DNA from: Anaerolineae bacterium
Lineage (GTDB): Bacteria > Chloroflexota > Anaerolineae > DRVO01
Assembly: GCA_013178015.1 (NCBI GenBank)
Contig: JABLXR010000007.1
Span: 37,682 to 101,681, forward strand
Length of the DNA: 64,000 nucleotides
Direction: 5' to 3'
The number at the start of each line of letters is the position of its first letter. Position 1 is the stretch's first letter. The notes beneath the pieces were generated by a model. It saw only the letters and a list, made by a program, of their open reading frames with translations. It was not told where the DNA came from and made no database searches. This document shows, one piece after another, positions 1 through 8,674 of this stretch. A program made the position numbers and the translations under genes.

Positions 1-168
1 GTCATTGCCGTCGCCTGCAACAAGGAGCTCCGAGAAGGAGTGGAGGCCCTCGAAGCGGCAGACTGGCCCGATCAGCCTCCTAGCGTGGTGCAAGTGCCGC
101 TCCTGAGAGATGGCTGCGTGGATACCGCTGTTGACATGGACGTCGTGCACTCAGTGCTGTCTACCTAG
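1..168 (+). CDS. 3' end of an upstream CDS that starts before the window; function unknown
   Basis: Frame 1 is open from position 1 to a TAG at 166-168 (…VDTAVDMDVVHSVLST*). It is not in the ORF track because it is short and has no start codon in the window. Confidence 0.25.
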   Translation, partial: VIAVACNKELREGVEALEAADWPDQPPSVVQVPLLRDGCVDTAVDMDVVHSVLST

Positions 169-718
169 ATCTCGCTGTCGCACGCCCCATCACCAGGCTT
201 CCCGCCATACGGCGGCAACGCGAGCGCCGTCTCCTCGCTCAGAATAGCGAAGGCCCGGCTGAACTACCGGGCAAGTTGTCTCGCCACATTCCACCTCATA
301 GGCGGCTTGCCCCTACAGTGCCCAAGGTCTCAGCCCCGGTGCCGCGAGAGGCAGCAGGCTAGCCCCCCAGGCTTCTGGGTCAGCCTAGCGAATCAGGCCG
401 TCCGCTCCTCTGCGGCCTTCATAGTCTTCCTGGTGGTGAGGGACCTAAGGACCTAAGGACCACTCCGGCCAGACCCAGGTGCTCCCTCCAGAGATCGACG
501 AGTCAGCCGCACCAGACATGCACGGCTTCGCCTCCATGATCGCGAGCAAGAAGCGCCTCGAACACCCTGTTCGCCCCCACGGCAGGTCACAGCCCAGCTA
601 GAGGCCCTGACAGCGCCCACCATCATCGCCGTCCAGGGCATAGATGAGGCAGCCGACTGGGCCTCAAGCCGAGGCCGCCCATGTGCCCTGCCTGGGGAAG
701 GCGCCGCGGCACTCCCTT

Positions 719-1477
719 CTATCGGTACTGGCTCAGGAACTCCAGGGTCTGCTTGCCCGTATCCCTGATGGCGGCGCTGTCGGCAGCACAGGTCACGAAG
801 AGAAAGCCCTTCTCCAGCCAGCGCTCGCCTGCCGTGCCGCCCGCGATCCCGGGAATCTTGCCGGTCTTGTGGCAGGCCTCCAGGACCCGCATCACGGCGT
901 CCTCGTGCTTCTGTCTCCCCGAGGGGGTGGAAACGTCCAGACCGAGGGAATTGGCCAGGTCTGCGGGGCCGATCCAGGTGCCGTCCACACCCTCCACGCT
1001 CAGGATGGCTTCTACATTCTCCAGGGCCTCCACCGTCTCGATCTGCACCGCCAGGAACAGCTCCTCGTCAATCCACCGCTCGTAGTTGGCGACCCCGTGG
1101 AAGCCGGTGCCGAAGCCACCCTGGGAGCGGCCGCCCCGAGGCGGGAACCGGGCGGCGAAGGCCGCCTTCTGGGCCAACTCGGCGTTGTTGACCATGGGGA
1201 TGACCAACCCCATGGCGCCTCGGTCCAGGAGGCTGCCGATGGCGTAGAACTCGTTCACGCGCACCCGGGCCATGGGTATGGCCGGCCCCAGGCTGATAGA
1301 CCGGAAGGCGGCAGTGGTAGTGTCCAGGGACCAGTTCCCGTGCTGGCAATCCACCAGGACGAAGTCCCACCCCTGCAGCGAGTAGATCTCCCCCGCCAGC
1401 GGGGTGCCCATAGTGATGGCAGCGCCCAGCGCGGGCTTGCCTCCCTGCATCTTGCGCTTGGCCGTGTTCACCTTCAT
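719..1477 (-). CDS. HpcH/HpaI-family aldolase (2-keto-3-deoxy sugar-acid aldolase-like)
   Basis: 252-aa ORF; its sequence matches the HpcH/HpaI aldolase/citrate-lyase family. ATG at 1475-1477 with a GGGAGAGG SD, and an ATGA overlap with the stop of the upstream LarA-like gene. Confidence 0.8.
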   Translation of the reverse strand: MKVNTAKRKMQGGKPALGAAITMGTPLAGEIYSLQGWDFVLVDCQHGNWSLDTTTAAFRSISLGPAIPMARVRVNEFYAIGSLLDRGAMGLVIPMVNNAELAQKAAFAARFPPRGGRSQGGFGTGFHGVANYERWIDEELFLAVQIETVEALENVEAILSVEGVDGTWIGPADLANSLGLDVSTPSGRQKHEDAVMRVLEACHKTGKIPGIAGGTAGERWLEKGFLFVTCAADSAAIRDTGKQTLEFLSQYR

Positions 1478-2823
1478 GTAGCCTCTCCCGTGTATCTGGA
1501 TTCCCCATAGCCGGTGCTCCCACGCTCGAGCGAGCCGGTCAGCGTCTCGTGGCGAGCCGGGTGGGGCAGTGTCTCCGCTCCCTGGAGGATGATCGTCACC
1601 CGTGTCTGGGGACCGTACTGCCTCAACAGGCGGTCCACCGCCTCTTGAGCGTGTGAGTAGAAGGCGAACCGCATGGCCTCGGCCTCACTCCGTCCCACGC
1701 CCCCAGACACCAGCCCGAAGCGGACTCTCTGGGCCAGGCGCACCAGAGTGGCCGAGCCCGAAGCAGCAATTGGCTCGGCCACCTCGCCCCGGCGTATCCG
1801 CTCCAACAGCGGCTCGACCTCGGGAGCACCTATGTACTCCGGCAGCTCCGCGTGTGGGCCCACACCCTCTGGGCACGGAGTGACTAGCACCACCGTTCCC
1901 CCGTCGGCCGCTACCAGATCGCCCGCCGTCAGTGCCTTGGTCGCCTGCCACAGGTCCAGGTCGGCTGGGTGGCTATCCACTATAACGATCTCGCTGCGCT
2001 CGCGAAACGGCGCCCCCATGACCTCCAGAGCTAGGTTGACCGCCTCTCGGTGTGACTGCACGTAGTGGCCACCGGTGACCCTGTACACCTCGCCCTTGCC
2101 GGTGAGTACCAGGTTCAGGGTGAAATCCAGGCCCACGGTGGCCGCCCACTTCTCGATAGCCACCCTCACCGGGCTGCTGACGTCGCCGAACAGGTTGCGC
2201 GGAGTGGCACCCTGGAGGTAATGCAGCGACCGCACCGTGCGTTCGCCGGCGACTCCGGGGCAGATCATCTTGCCCCCGCCGCCCCAGCCGGCGGCCGGGT
2301 GAGGGAGCACCGTGCCGATGCTCAGCTTCAGGTCCGCTTCCATGACCCGCCGGTCCACGTAGAGGGGCAACCGATCCACTTCGCCCAGGAAGCGCAGCTT
2401 GTCCTCCAGCCAGAACTCAGAGTTGACGACCTCATAGCGGGCCATGACTTCACGGCCGACCTTGCGCTCCATCTCCGCCTGGGTCATGGGCCGGTGGGTG
2501 CCCAGCGCCATCATGATCAGGATGTCCCCGCGGGGGATTCCCGCCCTCTCCAGCCTCTCTAGGACGGGCGGCAGCGCCAGCCACGCTGGCGTGGGGCGCG
2601 TCAGATCGTCGCATATCACTATGGCACTCCGCCGCCCCCGCGCCAACTCGGCCACTGGCGGAGTGCCCATCGGCCGATCGAGCGCCTCCTCGATGTCACG
2701 CACCGGATCCGATGCCGGAGAGACCGGTCGTGGCTCCAGCACCGCCGCCAGGTTCTCCGCCGGCACCACCACATCCATGCCTGCCCCACCGTAGGGCAAT
2801 CGGATCACTCTCCTCTCAGTCAT
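1474..2823 (-). CDS. LarA-family protein (nickel-pincer-cofactor-dependent lactate racemase superfamily; alpha-hydroxy-acid or sugar-acid racemase/epimerase candidate)
   Basis: N-terminus MTERRVIRLPYGGAGMDVVVPAENL… and the overall sequence resemble LarA. The ORF track starts at a TTG at 2841; the ATG at 2821-2823 gives the canonical N-terminus and overlaps the upstream gene's stop by 8 nt. Confidence 0.75.
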   Translation of the reverse strand: MTERRVIRLPYGGAGMDVVVPAENLAAVLEPRPVSPASDPVRDIEEALDRPMGTPPVAELARGRRSAIVICDDLTRPTPAWLALPPVLERLERAGIPRGDILIMMALGTHRPMTQAEMERKVGREVMARYEVVNSEFWLEDKLRFLGEVDRLPLYVDRRVMEADLKLSIGTVLPHPAAGWGGGGKMICPGVAGERTVRSLHYLQGATPRNLFGDVSSPVRVAIEKWAATVGLDFTLNLVLTGKGEVYRVTGGHYVQSHREAVNLALEVMGAPFRERSEIVIVDSHPADLDLWQATKALTAGDLVAADGGTVVLVTPCPEGVGPHAELPEYIGAPEVEPLLERIRRGEVAEPIAASGSATLVRLAQRVRFGLVSGGVGRSEAEAMRFAFYSHAQEAVDRLLRQYGPQTRVTIILQGAETLPHPARHETLTGSLERGSTGYGESRYTGEAT

Positions 2824-3892
2824 GCCCCAACGTCGCTCCAATCCTGATTCTGCTCCCCTCTCGGGCCGCCATGTAGGCCCCCTCGATGATCTCCAGCGTC
2901 TGCATCAGATCGCCGATCTCGAGCAGGGGCGGCTCCTCGCCCCGCATGGCCCGCAGGAAGCTGCGCAGGAAGTACTGGCCGTCCGTGCCCCCATAGCCCG
3001 GTGCGTCCGGGGCGGCATAGCCGATGGTCCGGCCCGGAGAGTGAAACCAGGAGTCCGCTTCGCTCCACACTTCCAGCGTATCCCCGCCACCGGCCCAGCG
3101 CAGCCATCCCCTACTGCCGTACAGCGCGAACAGGAGGTGCTTGGGCTCTCGAGTCATCACGTAGCCGGTATGCAGGCTGCCCAGCATACCGCCCTCGAAG
3201 CCCAGCGCAAGCACAGCAACGTCCTCCACGTCAACCGGCTGGCGGGCCACGTTGGCCGCCACGGCGCTCACCCACTCCGGTCTCCCGCCGGTGACGAACC
3301 GCATCAGGTCCAGGTAATGGACGCCCAGCCACGGCAGAATGCCCCCACCGGTCAACTCCCGCCGGAATAGCTCGTGCTCCGGGCCCCGCTTCTCCACCAG
3401 TGAGGCGAAGAAGCAGGCTTGTACGGTGAGGAGCTCCCCCAGCAACCCCTCGCGCACCACACGGCGCATGTCTCTGGCCACCTGCTTGGCCCGAGTGACG
3501 AACCCGGGGTAGAAAGTCAGGCCCCTGCGGCTCACGGCCTGCGCCACCGGCACCAACTCCGCCGGGCATCGAGCAGCCGGCTTCTCGGCCAGCATGTGCT
3601 TGCCCGCCTCGGCCAGGGCCAGCATAGCGGACGGCGCGGAGCGGGCGTTCAGCAGCACCAGGGCGGCCTCGAACTCCACCGTCTCCAATAGCCGATCCAG
3701 ATCGTCGAAACAAGGGACGTCGCCGTACAGCTGTCCCAGCACCGGCAACGTAGCCTCGGGCCGGTTTCGACAGGCCGCCACCACGGCTACGTCCTCGAAG
3801 GTGCGCATGCTCCGCAGCCAGCCGTCTGCATGCAGGTTCTCCAGGCCTACCACGGCGAATCGCGTCAGCCCCGCATCTGGCGATGACTTCAC
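2816..3892 (-). CDS. Gfo/Idh/MocA-family NAD(P)-dependent oxidoreductase
   Basis: N-terminal Rossmann motif (RFAVVGLENLHADGW…, AEAGKHMLAEKP). GTG start at 3892 preceded by a GGGAGAGG SD. Confidence 0.8.
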   Translation of the reverse strand: MKSSPDAGLTRFAVVGLENLHADGWLRSMRTFEDVAVVAACRNRPEATLPVLGQLYGDVPCFDDLDRLLETVEFEAALVLLNARSAPSAMLALAEAGKHMLAEKPAARCPAELVPVAQAVSRRGLTFYPGFVTRAKQVARDMRRVVREGLLGELLTVQACFFASLVEKRGPEHELFRRELTGGGILPWLGVHYLDLMRFVTGGRPEWVSAVAANVARQPVDVEDVAVLALGFEGGMLGSLHTGYVMTREPKHLLFALYGSRGWLRWAGGGDTLEVWSEADSWFHSPGRTIGYAAPDAPGYGGTDGQYFLRSFLRAMRGEEPPLLEIGDLMQTLEIIEGAYMAAREGSRIRIGATLGHD

Positions 3893-4156
3893 TGATCCAC
3901 CTCTCCCGCGCCTCCAGCCTGCGGCAAACCGAGCTCATGAGCGATCGCGAGCGCGAGGCACCGGCTCGGCCGCATAGAGCTATTCTGCCACCCAGGCAAG
4001 AGAACCATGTCGGAGGGAAAGACGTGACTCGATGCCTGCAGTCATCCCGTCGCCAGGTTCCCTGGGCAGAACCGAGCCCATCTCCTCAGGGTAATGATCC
4101 TTCGCATAGCACCACGTCTTCGCCTCGCGGTGTAGTATGGCGGACGTCTCCACCCG

Positions 4157-5209
4157 CTAGAAGCTGAAGGGCACATGCTCATGAAGACAGGGGTTGCCTC
4201 GGGCCAGCCACAGCACCCCCTCCGCCAGATCGGCCACCAGCGAAGAGGTAGTCCGGATGTCCGAGCCGTGCACGCTGCCCCCATGACGGCAGACCGAGTG
4301 GGGGGCATGAGCATGGTCCTTGAGAGACTCGCAGCAATCCGCCGCAGTCAGATTCCTGCCTTTCGCCTCCAGCAGTTCCTTCAGCCTCTGGCAGCGAGGC
4401 ACCGACTCGATCTCCCGACTTTCGTATACCTCTTCCTCCACAAGGTCGGGGTGAACAATGTGGTTGGCGTGGGTGATGATCTCACGACCCCCTCCCAGCC
4501 GGCGATAGCGGCGGCCTACCACTTCGAAGTCGGCCACTCGTCCCCCGCGCTCTGCCACCATCCAGTTCCCCGGAGCGGAGGTGCCCAGGCGCTTGAGGAT
4601 ATCTTCGCACTGCTCCAGGCTCTCCTGCTCGGCCATCAACCGACGCACCAGGTTCTGAGTGCCCCCGAAGGGGTGCTCCCGCACGTACAGGGAGTTGCCG
4701 AACACGGCGATGCCTCTGCTCCCCATGCCGATGTGCCCCACCTCCCCGGCGTAGGTGAGCAGCATCACCCGGGCCCCGCGAGTGGGGTTGGTGCGCAACA
4801 GGTACATGCGGTCGGCGGAGGCCGGGGCGGTGTCCTTGTTCTGCCCCGCGATGGTGCCGCCACTCGCGGTGACGTCCGCCCCGGCGCCGAAGGAGGTGCA
4901 CTGGGCGATGAGGCTACCCAGATCGTAGCGGGTGTTCAGGTAGAGCACCTCCAGGAAGCTGAGCCCAGCTCCCTCCGCCACTCCCTGCATCTCCTCGATC
5001 AGGTGCGGGGCCAGGTCATGGTACTGCCTTTCGAACTTACCTACCAGCCGCAACGCCGCTTCCCGCGTCAGCCCCCTGGTCCGGGCGAACCGGTCCACGC
5101 CCTCAAGCGCTTCTCTAGCGATGATGTCCCGCCGCTGCTCCCCGTGCTGCCGACCCATCTCCCTGGGCGAGCCCGAAACGTCCACCACCATGTAACGATA
5201 CTCGCTCAC
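4157..5209 (-). CDS. Peptidase C45 / acyl-CoA:6-aminopenicillanic-acid acyltransferase-like Ntn hydrolase
   Basis: Family-typical N-terminus (…DVSGSPREMGRQHG…) and a Cys at about residue 104 (IAQCTSFGAG) where C45 precursors self-cleave. GTG start with an AGGAG SD. Confidence 0.7.
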   Translation of the reverse strand: MSEYRYMVVDVSGSPREMGRQHGEQRRDIIAREALEGVDRFARTRGLTREAALRLVGKFERQYHDLAPHLIEEMQGVAEGAGLSFLEVLYLNTRYDLGSLIAQCTSFGAGADVTASGGTIAGQNKDTAPASADRMYLLRTNPTRGARVMLLTYAGEVGHIGMGSRGIAVFGNSLYVREHPFGGTQNLVRRLMAEQESLEQCEDILKRLGTSAPGNWMVAERGGRVADFEVVGRRYRRLGGGREIITHANHIVHPDLVEEEVYESREIESVPRCQRLKELLEAKGRNLTAADCCESLKDHAHAPHSVCRHGGSVHGSDIRTTSSLVADLAEGVLWLARGNPCLHEHVPFSF

Positions 5210-5231
5210 ACAGGTGCTCCTGGCCCGTCGG

Positions 5232-6614
5232 CTACCGGGCCGCCCGGAACGAGTACAGGCGCGCGTCCCTAAGATAGAAGGCCAACCTCACTCGGCGCCC
5301 CTCCAACTCTCGCAGCGATCGGCCGCTAGTCCACTGGGGCCGGTGGTAGTCCATCCTCCCATCGCGGCTCTCCGTGTCCCCTACGAAGGGCACCGACTCC
5401 TCCAGGCCGTAGCCGTCGAGCGTCCGTCTCGCCTCGTCCAGTACCGCCACCCGCACCGTGCCCCGGTACGTCCTGAAGTAGTCCACCGGCGAGGTGCGGG
5501 TGTCGGCGTTGATCTCCAAGTCGCCGCCCGGCCACAGCAGAGGCCTGGTCAAAAGCCGCCCCTCCTCTGGCCCCGCCTCGATGGACACGAACCCATCGAC
5601 CCGCGAGGTGGCCAGGCCGATACGCGATTCGCGATGGGGTACGGGGGCACCATGTCGGTAGTGCCGCCCGCAGTAGAACCACCACAGCCGTCCCCGGTGC
5701 TCGATGGGCGGGTTGGAGGCTACGTGCACCCAGTTCCCCTCCCATTCCTTCTCCCGCGACAGGAACGTCTGGGCCCGGTCCACTCTCTGCCAGGTTCGCC
5801 CATCGCGGCTAACGGTGAGCTCCTCGTCTAGCACGTCGGGCACGGTGTGCATCCGCTCCAGCACTCCCAGGTACTGGTCCCCGTACACGAACCCGGTCAT
5901 GGAGTAGAACTGCATGTTAGGCCCGTCGGCCAGGTCCGGCTTCATCACCAGTTCAGGCGGGCTCCAATGGACGAAGTCTTCGCTTTCGATGCGGTAGACG
6001 CAGCGGGTGTTGTAGTCAGCCATCATGTTGGGCTTGCGTGTCAGCACCACGAACCTGCCGTTCATGTCGCGAGTGAACATGGCGTTGGTGCGATCCCCAT
6101 GCCCAGGAGCCACCGGCTCCTCGAGGCTGGTCCAGCGCACTCCGTCGGCCGAGAAGGCAGCATAGAGTCCCACGGCCCCAGAGGTGGCAGCGCGATAGAT
6201 CATCTTGTACCGCCGGCCGCCGTCCTCGTCCTCGGGATCATACACCACGCTGGGGCTGTCCAGCGCGCGGCCGGGGCTAACTACGATGTTGTTGGCGCGC
6301 GACCCGTCGAACTCGACCAGGCCTAGGCTGGGCTTCTCCCAGTTGACGCCATCCGAGCTCTCGGCGTAGCAGACGAAGCGATCGCCTCCCGGTTGGCTAA
6401 GCGGCGAGAGGGTCTGATACCACATGCGGAACCTTCCCCCGTCTGAATCGCGCATGGCTGTACCCCAGAGAAACAGCCCCAGCCCTTCCCAGGGACGGTC
6501 GGGCACCATTACGGGCTGGGAATACTTCTCCGGCTGGTGGACGGTGCGTCCCAGCCGGTACGTCTCCTCGATTAGGGTGTCGTCGGCAAAGAGCTGAGTT
6601 CTCGCAAGATCCAT
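5232..6614 (-). CDS. Predicted beta-propeller glycoside hydrolase with Asp-box (BNR-like) motifs
   Basis: Repeated S-x-D-G-x-x-W motifs (SSDGVNWEK, SADGVRWTS, SRDGRTWQR), as seen in GH32/43/130-like and sialidase-like propellers. ATG at 6614 with GGAGG upstream. Confidence 0.6.
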   Translation of the reverse strand: MDLARTQLFADDTLIEETYRLGRTVHQPEKYSQPVMVPDRPWEGLGLFLWGTAMRDSDGGRFRMWYQTLSPLSQPGGDRFVCYAESSDGVNWEKPSLGLVEFDGSRANNIVVSPGRALDSPSVVYDPEDEDGGRRYKMIYRAATSGAVGLYAAFSADGVRWTSLEEPVAPGHGDRTNAMFTRDMNGRFVVLTRKPNMMADYNTRCVYRIESEDFVHWSPPELVMKPDLADGPNMQFYSMTGFVYGDQYLGVLERMHTVPDVLDEELTVSRDGRTWQRVDRAQTFLSREKEWEGNWVHVASNPPIEHRGRLWWFYCGRHYRHGAPVPHRESRIGLATSRVDGFVSIEAGPEEGRLLTRPLLWPGGDLEINADTRTSPVDYFRTYRGTVRVAVLDEARRTLDGYGLEESVPFVGDTESRDGRMDYHRPQWTSGRSLRELEGRRVRLAFYLRDARLYSFRAAR

Positions 6615-6704
6615 GGTCCCTCCGCTGGTGTGGTGGTGAGGTCAGGCGAACGGACCGCCGGCCTCCTCGGCGGCGCTCCGATATCGGGCCGGGCCGTCTC
6701 AGGG

Positions 6705-7595
6705 CTAGGTCCCGGTGCGCCCAGTGAGGGCGATGCCGCGGACGAAGTAGTTCTGCCCCAGGAAGAAGATGACGATCAGGGGCATGGAGGTGAACACGGT
6801 GGCCGCCATGACCAGCCCCTGGATGGGCTCGCCGACGGTGGCGGACACTGCCTGGCGCAAGAACTGAAGCCCGATGGAGATGGGGAACAGCTCCGACCGA
6901 TGCAGGTAGATGAGGGGCTGTAAGTAGCTGTTCCAGTTGCCGATGAAGGTGAAGATGGCGATGGTGGCCAGCACTGGCTTCATGAGAGGCAGAAGCACCC
7001 GCCACAGGATGGCAAACTTGCCGCACCCGTCCAGCTCTGCCGCCTCGTCCAACTCCCGAGGCAGCGTCAGAAAGAACTGACGAATGAGGAAGATGGAGCT
7101 GGCGGAGCCAAAGAAGGCCGGTACCGTGAGGGGAAGCCAGGTATCGATCCAGTGCAGCTGCCGGAAGATGATGTACGTAGGGATGAGGGTGACCCACCAG
7201 GGCAGCATCATGGTGCTGAGCATGAGGGCGAAGGCCTGGCTTCGTCCCCGGAACTGGAGTCGAGCGAACCCGTAGCCTACCAGGGAACAGCTCAGGAGGG
7301 TGCCTACGATGTTGATGACGGTGATGATAATCGTATTCACGTAAAACCGGGAGAAGGGCACCCTCACCCAGGCATCGGGGTAGTTCTGCCAGCGAATCTC
7401 CGAGGGCAGGATCGCGGGGGGAATGCGGTTGAAGTCCGCGTAGGTCTTGAATGAACCAGAGACGGTCCAGAGCAGCGGGTACATGAACCAGGCGAACCCT
7501 ACGATCAGCCCCGCCCAGGCCAAGATCTGGCGAACCCTTTGCTTGCGTCGCCTGGAGGCGAAGTAGCTGCTTCTAGGTGCGGACACCGCCGTCAT
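6705..7595 (-). CDS. Sugar ABC transporter permease (CUT1, MalG-like)
   Basis: EAA loop ELDEAAELDGCGKFAILWRVLLP and 6 TM segments. The 605-aa track ORF is chimeric; the real start is the ATG at 7593-7595 (MTAVSAPRSSYFASRRRKQRVRQ…). Confidence 0.8.
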   Translation of the reverse strand: MTAVSAPRSSYFASRRRKQRVRQILAWAGLIVGFAWFMYPLLWTVSGSFKTYADFNRIPPAILPSEIRWQNYPDAWVRVPFSRFYVNTIIITVINIVGTLLSCSLVGYGFARLQFRGRSQAFALMLSTMMLPWWVTLIPTYIIFRQLHWIDTWLPLTVPAFFGSASSIFLIRQFFLTLPRELDEAAELDGCGKFAILWRVLLPLMKPVLATIAIFTFIGNWNSYLQPLIYLHRSELFPISIGLQFLRQAVSATVGEPIQGLVMAATVFTSMPLIVIFFLGQNYFVRGIALTGRTGT

Positions 7596-7639
7596 AGGCG
7601 AGCCTCCGGGAATCTGACCTGGGCTGCAGGCACTGCCCT

Positions 7640-8584
7640 CTAGCCTCCTTCGTAGAACACCCAGTACTTGGAAGCGAGGAAGTTCACTCCAGTGAGTGCC
7701 AGCACTATGATGAACGCCACCCAGCCCAGAGCGCTGGCGTAGCCCATCTTGAAGTACTCGAACGCATTGCGGTACAGGTGGAGGCCATAGAACAGGGTGG
7801 CGTGCCTTGGGCCACCGTCGGTCATCAGGTAGGCCGCCTGCCAGCTCTGCAGGACCCCGATGAGGCTCATGACCAGGTTGTAAAACAGCGCCGGCGATAT
7901 CTGGGGCAGAGTCACGTGCCGGAACTTGGCCACCTCGCCTCCGCCGTCTATCTCCACCGCCTCGTAGAGATGCTCGGGTACTCCCTGAAGCGCCGCCAGC
8001 ATGATCAGCATGGCGCTCCCCACGCTGAAGAGCCCCATGAGGGCCAGAGCCGGCAGTGCCCACGTGGTGCTGTTCAGGTAGGACGGCCCTTCTACGCCTA
8101 TCAGGGCCAGCGCCCAGTTGATGGCCCCGTTCTTGGCCAGGAGATAGGTCCACACCAGCATCCAGCCCACGCTGCTGATCATGCCTGGCACGTAGAAAGC
8201 GGTGCGGAAAAACGCTATCCCCCGGATCCTCTGGTTCAGAAGCAGAGCGATGGCCACGCTCTGCACCATGCCGAGAGGTATGGTGATGGCGGCGTAGGTC
8301 CAGGTCACCCGCATGGAGGTCCAGTAGACCCGGTCGCGCAGGAACATGAAGCTGAAGTTCTCCAGCCCGACGAACTTTGGTGGGGACGCCAGGTTGTACT
8401 CGGTGAGGCTGAGGTACATGGAAGCGAGAAATGGGAAGGCGGTGAAGACCAGGAAGCCGATCACCCAGGGCGATATGAAAGCCCATCCGGTCAGGTCGCG
8501 TCTGAGACGGCTCGACGACCATCCCGCCCTTCGGTGCGGTACCGTCGCTTCCCTGATTGGAGCTTCAGCTGCGGACACGTCCAC
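7640..8584 (-). CDS. Sugar ABC transporter permease (CUT1, MalF/UgpA-like)
   Basis: EAA loop LYEAVEIDGGGEVAKFRHVTLP and multiple TM segments. GTG start at 8584. Confidence 0.8.
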   Translation of the reverse strand: MDVSAAEAPIREATVPHRRAGWSSSRLRRDLTGWAFISPWVIGFLVFTAFPFLASMYLSLTEYNLASPPKFVGLENFSFMFLRDRVYWTSMRVTWTYAAITIPLGMVQSVAIALLLNQRIRGIAFFRTAFYVPGMISSVGWMLVWTYLLAKNGAINWALALIGVEGPSYLNSTTWALPALALMGLFSVGSAMLIMLAALQGVPEHLYEAVEIDGGGEVAKFRHVTLPQISPALFYNLVMSLIGVLQSWQAAYLMTDGGPRHATLFYGLHLYRNAFEYFKMGYASALGWVAFIIVLALTGVNFLASKYWVFYEGG

Positions 8585-8674
8585 CCCACCTCCGTCCGCC
8601 CGGCGACAGAGGCCGGGCCCAAGGCCTAGAGGGCGGCCTCTGGCAACTGAAGACCGCCCTCACTGGAGGGATGC

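Noticed and set aside
169-718. tRNA or other structured RNA gene in the two largest non-coding tracts (169-718 and 58187-58823)
   Set aside because: I could not recognise a cloverleaf (acceptor stem plus T-loop GTTC box) or an rRNA-like segment by eye; a proper tRNAscan or Rfam scan is still warranted.
644-1510. 288-aa plus-strand ORF antisense to the aldolase gene
   Set aside because: Arg/Gly/Pro-rich low-complexity translation typical of shadow ORFs in high-GC DNA. The opposite strand encodes a well-supported HpcH aldolase.
4175-5272. 365-aa plus-strand ORF, plus similar long antisense ORFs (8798-10186, 11685-12587, 20725-21816, 28147-28887, 33822-35033, 40855-41307)
   Set aside because: Each is antisense to a confidently assigned gene and is Arg/Gly/Pro/His-rich, as expected from stop-codon depletion in GC-rich DNA.
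6705-8522. 605-aa track ORF
   Set aside because: Chimeric. Only the C-terminal 296 aa (6705-7595, ATG with a plausible start) are the MalG-like permease. The N-terminal 300 aa are His/Arg/Gly-rich junk that overlaps the neighbouring permease gene in another frame.
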